A stretch of DNA of 64,000 bases from Eledone cirrhosa (lineage: Eukaryota). A model generated the notes under the pieces. It was not told the DNA's origin. It made no database searches and saw nothing but the letters and a program-made list of their open reading frames with translations. The stretch lies in assembly GCA_964016885.1 (NCBI GenBank), contig OZ024742.1, forward strand, positions 227,540,001-227,604,000. Reading direction: 5' to 3'. Position 1 is the first letter of the stretch. Every line of letters begins with the position of its first letter. Of this stretch, positions 49,501-64,000 are shown one piece after another. Position numbers and translations under genes: made by a program.

Positions 49501-52500
49501 TCTCCAACATATTTAGTCTCAGATCAAGATTACATGTCCTATCTAGGTCATTGCAGCATGCTTAGTCACAAACCAACATAAAATGTCGAATATAGGTCTC
49601 TCCAATATGTTTACTCTCAGACCAACATAATATGTCCTATGTAGGTCTCTCCAATATGTTTAGTCACAGACCAAGATAACATGTCCTATCTAGGTCTCCC
49701 CAACATGTTTAGTCACAGACCAAGATAACATGTCCAATCTTGGTCTCTCTAATATGTTTATTCACAGACCAAGATAATATGTCCTATCTACGTCTCTCCA
49801 GCATATTTAGTCACAGAGCCATGTCCTATCTAGGTCTCTCCAGCATGTTTAGTCTCCGATAAAGGTAACATTTCCTATCTAGGTCTCTCCAATATGTTTA
49901 GTCACAGACCAAGATAACATGTCCGATCTAGGTCTCTCCAATATGTTTAGTCACAAAACAAGATAACATGTCCTATGTAGGTCTTTCAAATATGTTTAGT
50001 CGCAGACCAAGATAACATGTCCTATCTAGGTCTTTCAAACATGCTTAGTCACAGACCAAGATAAATTGTCATATCTAGGTCTCTCCAAACTGTTTAGTCA
50101 CAGACCAAGGTAACATGTCCTACCTAGTACTCTCCATCATGTTTAGTCACAGACCAAGATAACATGTCCAATCTAGGTTTCTCCAACATGTTTAGTCTCA
50201 GATCTAGATTACATGTGCTATCTAGGTCCCTCCAATATATTTAGTCACAAATCAAAATAACATATCCTATCTAGGTCTCTCAAATATGTTTAGTCATAAA
50301 CGAAGATAACATGTCCTATATAGCGCTCTCCAATATATTTACTCACAGACCAAGATAACATGTCCAATCTAGGTCTCTCCAACTTGTTTACTCACAGACC
50401 AAGATAATATGTCGTATCTAGGACTCTCCAACATGTTTAGTCACAAACAAAGATAACATGTTTATCTAGGTCTCTCTAATTGGTCTATTCACAGACCAAG
50501 ATAACATGTTCTATCTAGGTCTCTCCAACATGTTTAGTCTCAGATCAAGATAACATGTCCAATCTAGGTTTCTCCAACATGTTTAGTCTCAGATCTAGAT
50601 TACATGTGCTATCTAGGTCACTCCAATATGTTTAGTCACAGATGAAGATACCATGTCCTATCTAGGGCTCTACAGACATATTTAGTCACGGACCAAGATA
50701 ACATGTCTTATCTAGGTCCCTGCAATATATTTAGTCACAAACCAAAATAACATATCCTATCTAGGTCTCTCAAATATGTTTAGTCTCAGATCAAGATAAC
50801 ATGTCCTATCTAGGTCATTCCAACATGCTTAGTCACAAACCAACATAACATTTCGAATATAGGTCTCTCCAATATGTTTAGTCACCAAGATAATATGTCC
50901 TGTCTAGGTCTCTCCAATATGTTTAGTCACAAACACACATAACATGTCCTATCTAGGTCTCTCCAATATATTTAGTCACAGACCAAGATAACATGTCCAA
51001 TCTAGGTCTCTCCAACATGCTTAGTCACAAAACAAGATAACATGTCCTATCTAGGTCTCTCTAATTTGTTTATTCACAGACCAAGATAACATGTCCTATC
51101 TAGGTCTCTCAAATGTTTTTAGTCTCAGACCCAGATAACATGTCCAATCAAGGTCTCTCCAAAATGTTTAGTCTCAGATCAAGATAACATGTTCTATCTC
51201 TGTCTCTCCAACAGGTATAGTCTCAGATCAAGATAACATGTCCTATCTAGGTCTCTCCAATATGTTTAGTCACGAACAAAGATAATTTGTCCAATCTAGG
51301 TCTCTCCAATATATTTAGTCACAAACCAAGATGACATGTCCTATCTAGGTCTCTCCAATATGTTTAGTCACAGACCAAGATAACATGTCCACTCAAGGTC
51401 TCTTCAACATGTTTAGTCACAGACCAAGATAACATGTCCTATCTTGGTCTCTCCAATATGTTTATACACAGACTAAGATAACATGTCCTACGTAGGTCTC
51501 TCCAACATGTTCAGTCACAGGCGGAGATAACATGTCCAAACTAGGTCTCCCCAACATGTTTAGTCACAGAACAAGATAACATGACCTATCTAGGTCATTG
51601 CAACATGCTTAGTCACAAACCAAGATAAAATGTCGAATATAGGTCTCGCAAATATGTTTAGTCTCAGACCAAGGTAATATGTCCTATGTAGGTCTCTCCA
51701 ATATGTTTAGTCACAGACCAAGATAACATGTCATATCTAGGTCTTTCTAATATGTTTATACCAAGACCAAGATAACAAGTCCTATCTAGGTCTATCCAAC
51801 ATGTTTAGTCACAGACCAAGATAACATGTCCATCCTAGGTCTCTCCAACATGTTTAGTCACAAATTAAGTTAACATGTCCTATCTAGGTATCTGTAATAT
51901 GTTTATACACAGACTAAGATAACATGTCCTATGTAGGTCTCTCCAACATGTTCAGTCATAGGCCGAGATAACATGTCCAAACGAGGTCTCTCCAATATGT
52001 TTAGTTTGAGAACAAGATAACATGTCCTATCTCGGTCTTTCCAACATATTTAGTCACAGACCAAGATAACAGTTCCTATCAAGGTGTCTCCAATATATAT
52101 AGTCATGAACGAATGTGACATGCCCAGTCTAGTTCTCTCCAATATATTTAGTCGCAGACCTAGATTACATGTCCTATTAAGGTCTCTGCAATATGTTTTT
52201 TCACAGACCTAGATAACAGGTCCTATCTAGGTCTCTCCAACATGTTTAGTCTCAGACCAAGATAACATGTCCCATCTAGATCTCTTCAACATGTTTAGTT
52301 TAAGATCAAGATAACATGTCCGATCTAGGTCTCTCCAATATATTCAGTCACAAAACAAGATAACATGTCCTATCTAGATCTCTCCAACATGTTTAGTCTC
52401 AGACCAAGATAACATGTCCAATCTAGGTCTCTACAACATGTTTAGTGTCAGATCAAGATAACATGTCCTATCAAGGTCTTTCCAACATGTTAAGTTTCAG

Positions 52501-55500
52501 ATCAAGATAACATGTCCTATCTTGGTCTCTCCAATCTGTTTAGTCACAGACCAAGATAACATGTTCTATTTAGGTCTCTCTAATATGTTTATACACAGAT
52601 CAAGATAACATGTCGTATATAGGTCTCTCCAATATATTCAGTCACGAACCAAGATAACATGTCCTATCTAGATCTCGCCAACATGTTTAGTGTCAGATCA
52701 AGATAACATGTCCTATCTTGGTCTCTCCAACATGTTTAGTCTCAGAACAAGATAACATGTCCTATCGCGGTCTCTCCAACATGTTTAGTGTCAGACCAAG
52801 ATAACATGTCCAATCTAGGTCTCTACAACATGTTTAGTGTCAGATCAAGATAACATGTCCTATCTTGGTCTCTCCAACATGTTTAGTCTCAGAACAAGAT
52901 AACATGTCCTATCACGGTCTCTCCAACATGTTTAGTCTCAGATCAAGATAACATGTCCTATCTAGGTCTCTCCAACATGTTTAGTCTCAGACCAAGATAA
53001 CATGTCCAATCTAGGTCTCTCCAACATGTTTAGTCTCAGAACAAGATAACATGTCCTATTTCGGTCTCTCCAACATGTTTAGTCTCAGATCAAGATTACA
53101 TGTCCTATCTAGGTCATTGCAACATGCTTAGTCACAAACCAACATAAAATGTCGAATATAGGTCTCTCCAATATGTTTAGTCTCAGACCAACATAATATG
53201 TCCTATGTAGGTCTCTCCAATATGTTTAGTCACAGACCAAGATAACATGTCCTATCTAGGTCTCTATAATATGTTTATACACAGACCAAGATAACATGTC
53301 CTACCTTGGTCTCTCCGACATGTTTAGTCACATACCAAGATAACAATTACTATCTAGGTCTCTCCAATATGTTTAGTCATAAACGAAGATAATATGCCCA
53401 ATCTATATCTCTCCAATATATTTAGTCACGGACCAAAATAACATGTCCTATCTAGGTCTCACCAACATGTTTAGTCACAGACCAAGATAACATGTACTAT
53501 CTAGGTCTCTCCAACATGTTTAGTCTCTGATCAAGATAAGATGTCCTTTTTGGTCTCTCCAATATGTTTAGTCACAGACCAAGATAACATGTCGTAACTA
53601 GTTCTCTCCAATATGTTTATTCAGAATCCAACATAACATGTCCTATCAAGGTCTCTGCAATATATTTAGTTACAAACCAAGAAAACATGTCCTATCTAGG
53701 TCTATCCAATATGTTTAGTTGCAGAGCAAGATAACATGTCCTATCTAGGTCTCTCAAACGTTTTTAATGCCAGACAAAGATAACATGTCCTATCTAGGTC
53801 TCTCCAATATGTTTAGTCACAGACCAAGATAACATGTTCTATTTAGGTCTCTCTAATATGTTTATACACAGATCAAGATAACATGTCGTATATAGGTCTC
53901 TCCAATATATTCAGTCACGAACCAAGATAACATGTCCTATCTAGATCTCGCCAACATGTTTAGTGTCAGATCAAGATAACATGTCCTATCTTGGTCTCTC
54001 CAACATGTTTAGTCTCAGAACAAGATAACATGTCCTATCGCGGTCTCTCCAACATGTTTAGTGTCAGACCAAGATAACATGTCCAATCTAGGTCTCTACA
54101 ACATGTTTAGTGTCAGATCAAGATAACATGTCCTATCTTGGTCTCTCCAACATGTTTAGTCTCAGAACAAGATAACATGTCCTATCACGGTCTCTCCAAC
54201 ATGTTTAGTCTCAGATCAAGATAACATGTCCTATCTAGGTCTCTCCAACATGTTTAGTCTCAGACCAAGATAACATGTCCAATCTAGGTCTCTCCAACAT
54301 GTTTAGTCTCAGAACAAGATAACATGTCCTATTTCGGTCTCTCCAACATGTTTAGTCTCAGATCAAGATTACATGTCCTATCTAGGTCATTGCAACATGC
54401 TTAGTCACAAACCAACATAAAATGTCGAATATAGGTCTCTCCAATATGTTTAGTCTCAGACCAACATAATATGTCCTATGTAGGTCTCTCCAATATGTTT
54501 AGTCACAGACCAAGATAACATGTCCTATCTAGGTCTCTATAATATGTTTATACACAGACCAAGATAACATGTCCTACCTTGGTCTCTCCGACATGTTTAG
54601 TCACATACCAAGATAACAATTACTATCTAGGTCTCTCCAATATGTTTAGTCATAAACGAAGATAATATGCCCAATCTATTTCTCTCCAATATATTTAGTC
54701 ACGGACCAAAATAACATGTCCTATCTAGGTCTCACCAACATGTTTAGTCACAGACCAAGATAACATGTACTATCTAGGTCTCTCCAACATGTTTAGTCTC
54801 TGATCAAGATAAGATGTCCTTTTTGGTCTCTCCAATATGTTTAGTCACAGACCAAGATAACATGTCGTAACTAGTTCTCTCCAATATGTTTATTCAGAAT
54901 CCAACATAACATGTCCTATCAAGGTCTCTGCAATATATTTAGTTACAAACCAAGAAAACATGTCCTATCTAGGTCTATCCAATATGTTTAGTCGCAGAGC
55001 AAGATAACATGTCCTATCTAGGTCTCTCAAACGTTTTTAATGCCAGACAAAGATAACATGTCCTATCTAGGTCTCTCCAATATGTTTAGTCACAGACCAA
55101 GATAACATGTACTATCTAGGTCTCTCCAACATGTTTAGTATCAGACGAAGATAACATGTCCAATTGAGGTCTCTCCAATATGTTTAGTCACAAACAAAGA
55201 TAACATGTCCAATCTAGGTCTCTCCAATATATTTAGTCACAACCCAAGATAACGTGTCCAATCTAGGTCTCTACTACATGTTTAATCACAGACCAAGATA
55301 ACATGTCCTATCTAGGTCTCCCCAACATGTTTAGTCACAGACCAAGATAACATGTCCAATCTCGGTCTCTCTAATATGTTTATTCACAGACCAAGATAAT
55401 ATGTCCTATCTACGTCTCTCCAGCATATTTAGTCACAGAGCCATGTCATATCTAGGTCTCTCCAGCATGTTTAGTCTCCGATAAAGGTAACATTTCCTAT

Positions 55501-58500
55501 ATAGGTCTCTCCAATATGTTTAGTCACAGACCAAGATAACATGTCCAATCTAGGTCTCTCCAATATGTTTAGTCACAAAACAAGATAACATGTCCTATGT
55601 AGGTCTTTCAAATATGTTTAGTCGCAGACCAAGATAACATATACTATCTAGGTCTTTCAAACATGCTTAGTCACAAACCAAGATAAATTGTCATATCTAG
55701 GTCTCTCCAAGCTGTTTAGTCACAGACCAAGGTAACATGTCCTACCTAGTACTCTCCATCATGTTTAGTCACAGACCAAGATAACATGTCCAATCTAGGT
55801 TTCTCCAACATGTTTAGTCTCAGATCTAGATTACATGTGCTATCTAGGTCCGTCCAATATATTTAGTCACAAATCAAAATAACATATCCTATCTAGGTCT
55901 CTCAAATATGTTTAGCCATAAACGAAGATAACATGTCCTATCTAGGGCTCTCCAATATATTTAGTCACAGACCAAGATAATATGTCGTATCTAGGTCTCT
56001 CCAACATGTTTAGTCACAAACAAAGATAACATGTTTTATCTAGGTATCTCTAATTGGTCTATTCACAGACCAAGATAACATGTTCTATCTAGGTCTCTCC
56101 AACATGTTTAGTCACAGACCAATATAATATGTTCTATCTAGGTCTGTCCAACATGTTTAGTCTCAGATCAAGATAACATGTCCTATCTAGGTCTCTCCAA
56201 TATGTTTAGTCACAGACGAAGATACCATGTCCTATCTAGGGCTCTATACACATATTTAGTCACGGACCAAGATAACATGTCTTATCTAGGTCCCTGCAAT
56301 ATATTTAGTCACAAACCAAAATAACATATCCTATCTAGGTCTCTCAAATATGTTTAGTCTCAGATCAAGATAACATGTCCTATCTAGGTCATTCCAACAT
56401 GCTTAGTCACAAACCAAGATAACATTTCGAACATAGGTCTCTGCAATATGTTTAGTCACCGAGATAATATGTCCTGTCTAGGTCTCTCCAATATGTTTAG
56501 TCACAAACCAACATAACATGTCCTATCTATATCTCTCCAATATATTTAGTCACAGACCAAGATAACATGTCCAATCTAGGTCTCTCCAACATGCTTAGTC
56601 ACAAAACAAGATGACATGTCCTATCTAGGTCTCTCTAATTTGTTTATTCACAGACCCAGATAACATGTCCAATCAAGGTCTCTCCAACATGTTTAGTCTC
56701 AGATCAAGATAACATGTTCTATCTCTGTCTCTCCAACAGGTATAGTCTCAGATCAAGATAACATGTCCTATCTAGGTCTCTCCAATATGTTTAGTCACGA
56801 ACAAAGATAACTTGTCCAGTCTAGGTCTCTCCAATATATTTAGTCACAAACCAAGATGACATGTCCTATCTATGTCTCTCCAACATGTTTAGTCACAGAC
56901 CAAGATGACATGTCCTCTCTAGGTCTCCCCAACATGTTTTGTGTCAGACCAAGATAGTATGTCCAATCTAGGTCTCTTCAACATGTTTAGTCTCAGATCA
57001 AGATGACATGTCCTATCTATGTCTCTCCAGCATATTTAGTCACAGACCAAGATAACAGTTCCTATCAAAGTTTCTCCAATATATATAGTCATAAACGAAT
57101 GTGACATGCCCAGTCTAGTTCTCTCCAACATATTTAGTCGCAGACCTAGATTACATGTGTTTAGGTCTCTGCAATATGCTTTTTCACAGACCTAGATAAC
57201 AGGTCCTATCTAGGTCTCTCCAACATGCTTAGTCACAGACCAAGAACAAACCAAGAAAACATGTCCTATCTAGGTCTTTCGAACATGTTAAGTTTCAGAT
57301 CAAGATAACATGTCCAATCTAGGTCTCTTCAACATGTTTAGTCTAAGACCAAGATAACATGTCCTATCTAGGTCTTTCCAAAAAGGTTAAGTTTCAGATC
57401 AAGGTAACATGTCCTATCTTGGTCTCTCCAATATATTTAGTTACAGACCAACATAACATGTACTATCTAGGTCTCTCCAACATGTTTAGTCACAGACCCA
57501 GATAATATGTACTATCTAGGGCTCTCCAATATATTTAGTCTCAGACCAAAATAAGGTGTCCAATCTAGGTCTCTTCAACATGTTTAATCTAAGATCAAGA
57601 TAACATGTCCTATCTAGGTCTCTCCAACATGTTTAGTCTCAGATCAAGAAAAAAAGGCCTATCTTGTGTTCTCTAATATGTTTAGTCACAGACCAAGATA
57701 ACATGTTTTATCTAGGTCTGTCTAATATGTTTATACCCAGACCACGATAACATGGCCTATCTAGGTCTCTCCAACATGTTTAGTCACAGACCAAGATAAC
57801 ATGCCTATCTAGGACTTTTCAATATGTTTAGTCACAGACCAAGATAACATGTCCTATCTAGGTCTCTCCAACATGTTTAGTCACAAACCAAGATAACATG
57901 TCCTACCTAGGTCTCTCCAACATGTTTAGTCACGGACCAAGATAACATGTCTTATCTAGGTATCTGCAATATATTTTGTCACAAACCAACATAATATGTC
58001 CTATCTAGGTCTCTCCAATATGTTTAATAATAAAAGAAGGTAACATGTCCTATCTAGGTCTCTCCAATATAATTAGTCACAGACTAAGATAACATGTCCA
58101 ATCTAGGTCTCTCCAACATGTTTAGTAACAAACCAAGATAACATGTCCTATCTAGTTCTCTCAAAAAATGTTTAGTCTCAGCTCAATTTAACATGTCCTA
58201 TCTATGTCTCTCCAACATATTTAGTCTCAGATCAAGATAACATGTCCTATCTAGGTCTCTCCAATATATTTAGTCACAAACCAAGATAACATGTCCTATC
58301 TAGATCTCTCAAACATGTTTAGTCACAGACCACGATAACATGTCCAATCTAAGTCTCTTCAACATGTTTAGTCTAAGATCAAGATAACATGTCCTATATC
58401 GGTCTCTCCAATCTGTTTAGTCACAAACCAAGATAACGTTTCCTATCTAGGTGCCTCCAACATGTTTAGTCTCAGACGAAGATAACATGTTCAATCTAGG

Positions 58501-61500
58501 TCTCTCCAACATGTTTAATCTCAGAACTAGATAACATGTCGTATCTTGGTCTCTCCAACATGTTTAGTCACAGACCAAGATAACAATTCCTATCAAGGTC
58601 TCTCCAATATATTTAGTCAAAACAAAGATAACATGTCCAATCTAAGTCTTTAAAACATGCTTAGTCACAAACAAAGATAAATTGTCATATCTAGGTCTCT
58701 CCAACATTTTTAGTATCAGATCAAGATATCATGTCATATCTAGGTGTCTCCAATATGTTTAGTCACAGACCAAGATAACATGTGTTATCTAGGTCTCTCC
58801 AACTTGTTTAATCTCAGACCAAGATAACATTCCTATCTAGGTCTCTCCAACATGTTTAGTCACAAAACAAGATAACATGTCCTATCTAGGTCTCTCCAAC
58901 ATATTTAGTCACAGACCAAGATAACATGTCTTATCAAGGTATCTGCAATATATTTAGTCACAAACCAAAATGATATATCCTATCTAGGTCTCTCAAATAT
59001 GTTAAGTCAAAGAGCAAGATAACATGTCCTATCTAGGTCATTCCAAAATGCTTAGTCACAAACCAAGATATCATGTCGAATATAGGTCTCTCCAATATGT
59101 TTAGTCACGGACCAAGATATGTCCTATCTAGGTCTCACCAATATATTTAGTCACAAACCAACATAACATGTCCTATCTAGGTCTCTCCAATATGTTTATT
59201 CATAAACGAATTTAACATGTCTTATCTAGGTCTCTCCAATATAATTAGTCACAGACCAAGATAACATGTCCAATCTAGGTCTCTCCTACATGTTTAGTCA
59301 CAAACCAAGATAACATGTCCTATCTAGGTCTTTGCAACATGTTAAGTTTCAGATCAAGATAACATGTCCAATCTAGGTCTCTTCAACATGTTTAGTCTAA
59401 GACCAAGATAACATGTCCTATCTAGGTCTTTCCAAAAGGTTAAGTTTCAGATCAAGGTAACATGTCCTATCTTGGTCTCTCCAATATATTTAGTTAGAGA
59501 CCAAGATAACATGTACTATCTAGGTCTCTCCAACATGTTTAGTCACAGACCCAGATAATATGTCCTATCTAGGTCTCTCCAATATATTTAGTCTCAGACC
59601 AAAATAAGGTGTCCAATCTAGGTCTCTTCAACATGTTTAATCTAAGATCAAGATAACATGTCCTATCTAGGTCTCTCCAACATGTTTAGTCTCAGATCAA
59701 GAAAAAAAGGCCTATCTTGTGTTCTCCAATATGTTTAGTCACAGACCAAGATAACATGTTTTATCTAGGTCTGTCTAATATGTTTATACCCAGACCACGA
59801 TAACATGGCCTATCTAGGTCTCTCCAACATGTTTAGTCACAGACAAAGATAACATGTCCTATCTAGGACTTTTCAATATGTTTAGTCACAGACCAAGATA
59901 ACATGTTCTACCTAGGTCTCTCCAACATATTTAGTCACGGACCAAGATAACTTGTCTTATCTAGGTATCTGCAATATATTTTGTCACAAACCAACATAAT
60001 ATGTCCTATTTAGGTCTCTCCAATATGTTTAATAATAAACGAAGATAACATGTCCTATCTAGGTCTCTCCAATATAATTAGTCACAGACCAAGATAACAT
60101 GTCCAATCTAGGTCTCTCCAACATGTTTAGTAACAAACCAAGATAACATGTCCTATCTAGGTCTCTCTAATTTGTTTATTCACAGACCAAGATAACATGT
60201 CCTATCTAGGTCTCTCAAAAAATGTTTAGTCGCAGATCAATTTAACATGTCCTATCTATGTCTCTCCAACATATTTAGTCTCAGATCAAGATAACATGTC
60301 CTATCTAGGTCTCTCCAATATGCTTAGTCACAAACTAAGATAACATGTTCAATCTCGTCTCTCCAATATATTTACTCACAAACCAAGATAACATGTCCTA
60401 TCTAGATCTGTCAAACATGTTTAGTCACAGACCAAGATAAGATGTCCAATCTAAGTCTCTTCAACATGTTTAGTCTAAGATCAAGATAACATGTCCTATC
60501 TCGGTCTCTCCAATCTGTTTAGTCACAAACCAAGATAACGTTTCCTATCTAGGTGCCTCCAACATGTTTAGTCTCAGACGAAGATAACATGTTCAATCTT
60601 TGTCTCTCCAAGATGTTTAGTGTCAGGTCAAGATAACATGTCCTATGTAGGTCTCTCCAACATGTTTAATCTCATAACAAGATAACATGTCGTATCTTGG
60701 TCTCTCCAACATGTTTAGTCACAGACCAAGATAATAATTCCTATCAAGGTCTCTCCAATATATTTAGTCAAAACAAAGATAACATGTCCTATCTAGGTCT
60801 CTGCAACGTTTTTAGTCTCAGACAAAGATAACATGTCCAATCTAGGTCTCTCCAACATGTTTAGTCTCAGATCAATTTAACATGTCCTATCTAGGACTCT
60901 TCAACATGTTTAGTCACAAACCAAGATAACATGTCCAATCTCGTCTCTCCAATATATTTAGTCACAAACCAAGATAACATGTCCTATCCAGGCCATTCCA
61001 ACATGTTTAGTCACAAACCAAGATAACATGTCCAATCTAGGTCTCTCCAACATGTTTAGGCACAGACCAAGATAACATGTCCTATCTAGGTCTCCCCAAC
61101 ATGTTTCGTCTCAGAACAAGATAACATGTTCAATCTAGGTCTCTTCAACATGTTTAGTCTAAGATCAAGATAACATGTCCTATCTAGGTCTCTCCAACAT
61201 GTTTAGTCTCTGATCAAGATAACATGTCCTATCGTGGTCTCTCCAATATGTTTAGTCACAGACCAAGATGACATGTCATATGTAGGTTTCTGCAAAATGT
61301 TTAGTCACAGACCAAGATAACATGTCCTAACTCGGTTTCTCCAATCTGTTTAGTCACAAACCAAGATAACATGTCCTATCTAGGTGTCTCCAACATGTTT
61401 AGTCTCAGACCAAGATAACATGGCCAATCTTTGTCTCTCCAACATGCTTAGTGTCAGATCAAGATAACATCTCCTATCTAGGTCTCTCCAACATGTTTAA

Positions 61501-64000
61501 TCTCAGAACAAGATAACATGTCCTATCTTGATCTCTCCAACATGTTTACTCACAGACCAAGATAAGAATTCCTATCAAGGTCTCTCTAATATGTTTAGTC
61601 ATAAACGAATATAACATGCCCAATATAGTTCTCTCCAATATATTTAGTCACAGACCAAGATTACATGTCCTATTTAGGTCTCTGCAATATGTTTATTCAC
61701 AGACCAAGATGACATGTCCTATCTAGGTCTCTGTAATATGTTTATACACAGACCAAGATAACATGTCCTATCTAGGTCTCTCCAATATATTTAGTCACAA
61801 ACCAAGATAACATCTCCTACCTAGGCCTCTCCGACATGTTAAGTCACAGACCAAGAGAGCAATTACTATCTAGGTCTCTCCAATATGTTTAGTCATAAAT
61901 GAAGATAACATGTCCTATCTAGGTCTCTCCTATATAATTAGTCACAGACCAAGATAACATGTCCAATGTAAATCTCTCCAACATGTTTAGTCCAAACTAA
62001 GATAACATGTCCTATCTAGGTCTCTCTAATTTGTTTATTCACAGACCAAGATAACATGTCCTATCTAGGTCTCTCCAACGTTTTTAGTCTCAGATCAATT
62101 TAACATGTCCCATCTAGGTCTCTCCAACATGTTTAGTCACAGACCAAGATTACATGTCCTATCTAGGTCTCTCCAATATATTTAGTCATAACGAAGATAA
62201 CATGTCCTACAAAGGTCTCTACAACATGTTTAGTCTCAGCCCAAATTTCATGTCCTATTTAGGTTTCTCCAACATGTTTAGTCACAGACCAAGATAACAT
62301 GTCCAATCTAGGTCTCTCCATCATGTTTAGTCTCAGATCAAGATAACATGTCCTATATAGGTCTCTCGAACATATTTGGTCTCGGATGAAGATAACATGT
62401 CCTATCTTGGTCTCTTCAATATGTTTAGTCACGGACCAAGAAAACATGTCCTATCTAGGTCTCTCTAATATGTTTATACCCAAACCAAGGTAACATATCC
62501 TATCTAGGTCTCTCCAACATGTTTAGTCACAGACCGAGATAACATGTCCTACCTAGGTCTCTCCAACATGTTTAGTCACAGACCAAGATAACATGTCCAA
62601 TCTAGGTCTCTCCAATATGTTTAGTCACACACCAAGATAACATGCCCTATCTAGGTGTCTCCAATATGTTTAGTCACAGACACAGATAACATGTCCTATC
62701 TACGTCTCTCCCACATGTTTAGTCTCAAATCAAGATAACATGTCCTATCTAGGTCTCTCCAACATGTTTAGTCCCAGACCAAGATAATATGTCCTGTCTA
62801 GGTCTCTCCAATATATTTAGTCACAGACCAAGATAACATGTCCTATGTAGTTCTTCCCAGCATGTTTATTCACAGACCAAGATAACATGACCTACCAAGG
62901 TCTCTCCAACATGTTTAGTCTCAGACCAAATTACATGTCCTATTTAGGTTTCTCCAACATGTTTAGTCACAGACCAAGATGACATGTCCAATCTAGGTCT
63001 CTCCATCATGTTTAGTCTCAGATCAAGATAACATGTCCTATATAGGTCTCTCGAACATATTTAGTCTCGGATCAAGATAACATGCCCTATCTTGGTCTCT
63101 CCAATATGTTTATTCACAGACCAAGAAAACATGTCCTATCTAGGTCTCTCTAATGTTTATACCCAGACCAAGGTAACATATCTTATCTAGGTCTCTCCAA
63201 CATGTTTAGGCTCATACAAAGAAAACGTGTGCTATCTCGGTCTTTCCAACATGTTTAGTTTCAGATTAACATAACGTGTCCAATCTAGGTTTCTCCAATA
63301 TGTTTAGTCATTGACAAAGATAACATCTCCTATCAAGGTCTCTCTAATATGTTTATTCACAGACCAAGATAACATGTCCTGTCTAGGTCTCTCCAATATA
63401 TTTAGACACAAACCCAGATAACATGTCTTATCTAGGTCTCTCCAACATGTTTAGTCTCAGTCTCTGATAACATGTACTATCTAGGTTGCTCCAACATGTT
63501 TAGTTTCAGAACAAGATAACATGTCCTATCACGGTCTCTCCAACATGTTTAGTCTCAAATCAAGATAACATGTCCTATCAAGGTCTCTCCAATATATTTA
63601 GTCACAGACCAAGATAACATGTCCTATCTAGGTCCATCCAACGTTTTTAGTCCCAGATCAAGATAACATGTCCTATCTAGGTCTCTCCAACATGTTTAGT
63701 CACTGACCAAGATAACATGTCCTATTTACGTCTCTCCAACATGTTTAGTCACAAACCAAGATAACATGTCGTATCTACGTCTCTCCAACATGCTTAGTCA
63801 CAAACCAAGATAAATTGTCATATCTAGGTCTCTCCAAACTGTTTAGTCACAGACCAAGGTAACATGCCTATCTTGGTCTCTCCAATATGTTTAGTCATAT
63901 ATCAATATAACATGTCCTATCTCGGTCTCTCCAACATATTTAGTCTCAGATCAAGATAACATGTCCTATCTAGGTCTCTCTAATATGTTTACTCACAGAC
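40535..64000. repeat. 49-bp satellite array, >23 kb (about 480 monomers), runs off the window end
   Basis: Consensus CCAAGATAACATGTCCTATCTAGGTCTCTCCAACATGTTTAGTCACAGA, head-to-tail in one orientation, usually a few substitutions per monomer. Confidence 0.98.

Noticed and set aside
62259-62447. 62-aa ORF in the satellite
   Set aside because: Chance stop-free stretch of monomers
40535-64000. CRISPR array
   Set aside because: The whole 49-bp unit repeats with no unique spacers, no cas genes, and a eukaryotic context

Overview
AT-rich eukaryotic DNA made almost entirely of repeats, with no convincing host gene. The SINE, RTE and MITE set resembles octopod cephalopod genomes; this is inference from remembered repeat motifs, not a search. 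Bases 1-40.5 kb hold a patchwork of elements. These include Penelope-like retroelements (a near full-length RT+GIY-YIG copy with ~700-bp inverted ends, two endonuclease remnants, several ORF-less inverted-repeat remnants), RTE and CR1 LINE fragments, and a tRNA-type SINE family. There are also two copies of one deleted mariner, a DD37D/maT transposase pseudogene, piggyBac-, hAT- and mariner-type MITEs, and many microsatellites. Bases ~40.5-64 kb are one 49-bp satellite array with higher-order duplications. The most interesting signal is a set of hammerhead ribozyme (HHR) motifs in the Penelope-like termini. They comprise canonical minimal type I HHRs, a type I HHR with a U3-A8 core, and a three-copy family whose hammerhead strands occur in a non-circularly permuted (pseudoknotted) order supported by compensatory changes. 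All structures were paired by eye. LINE and SINE fragment boundaries are approximate.
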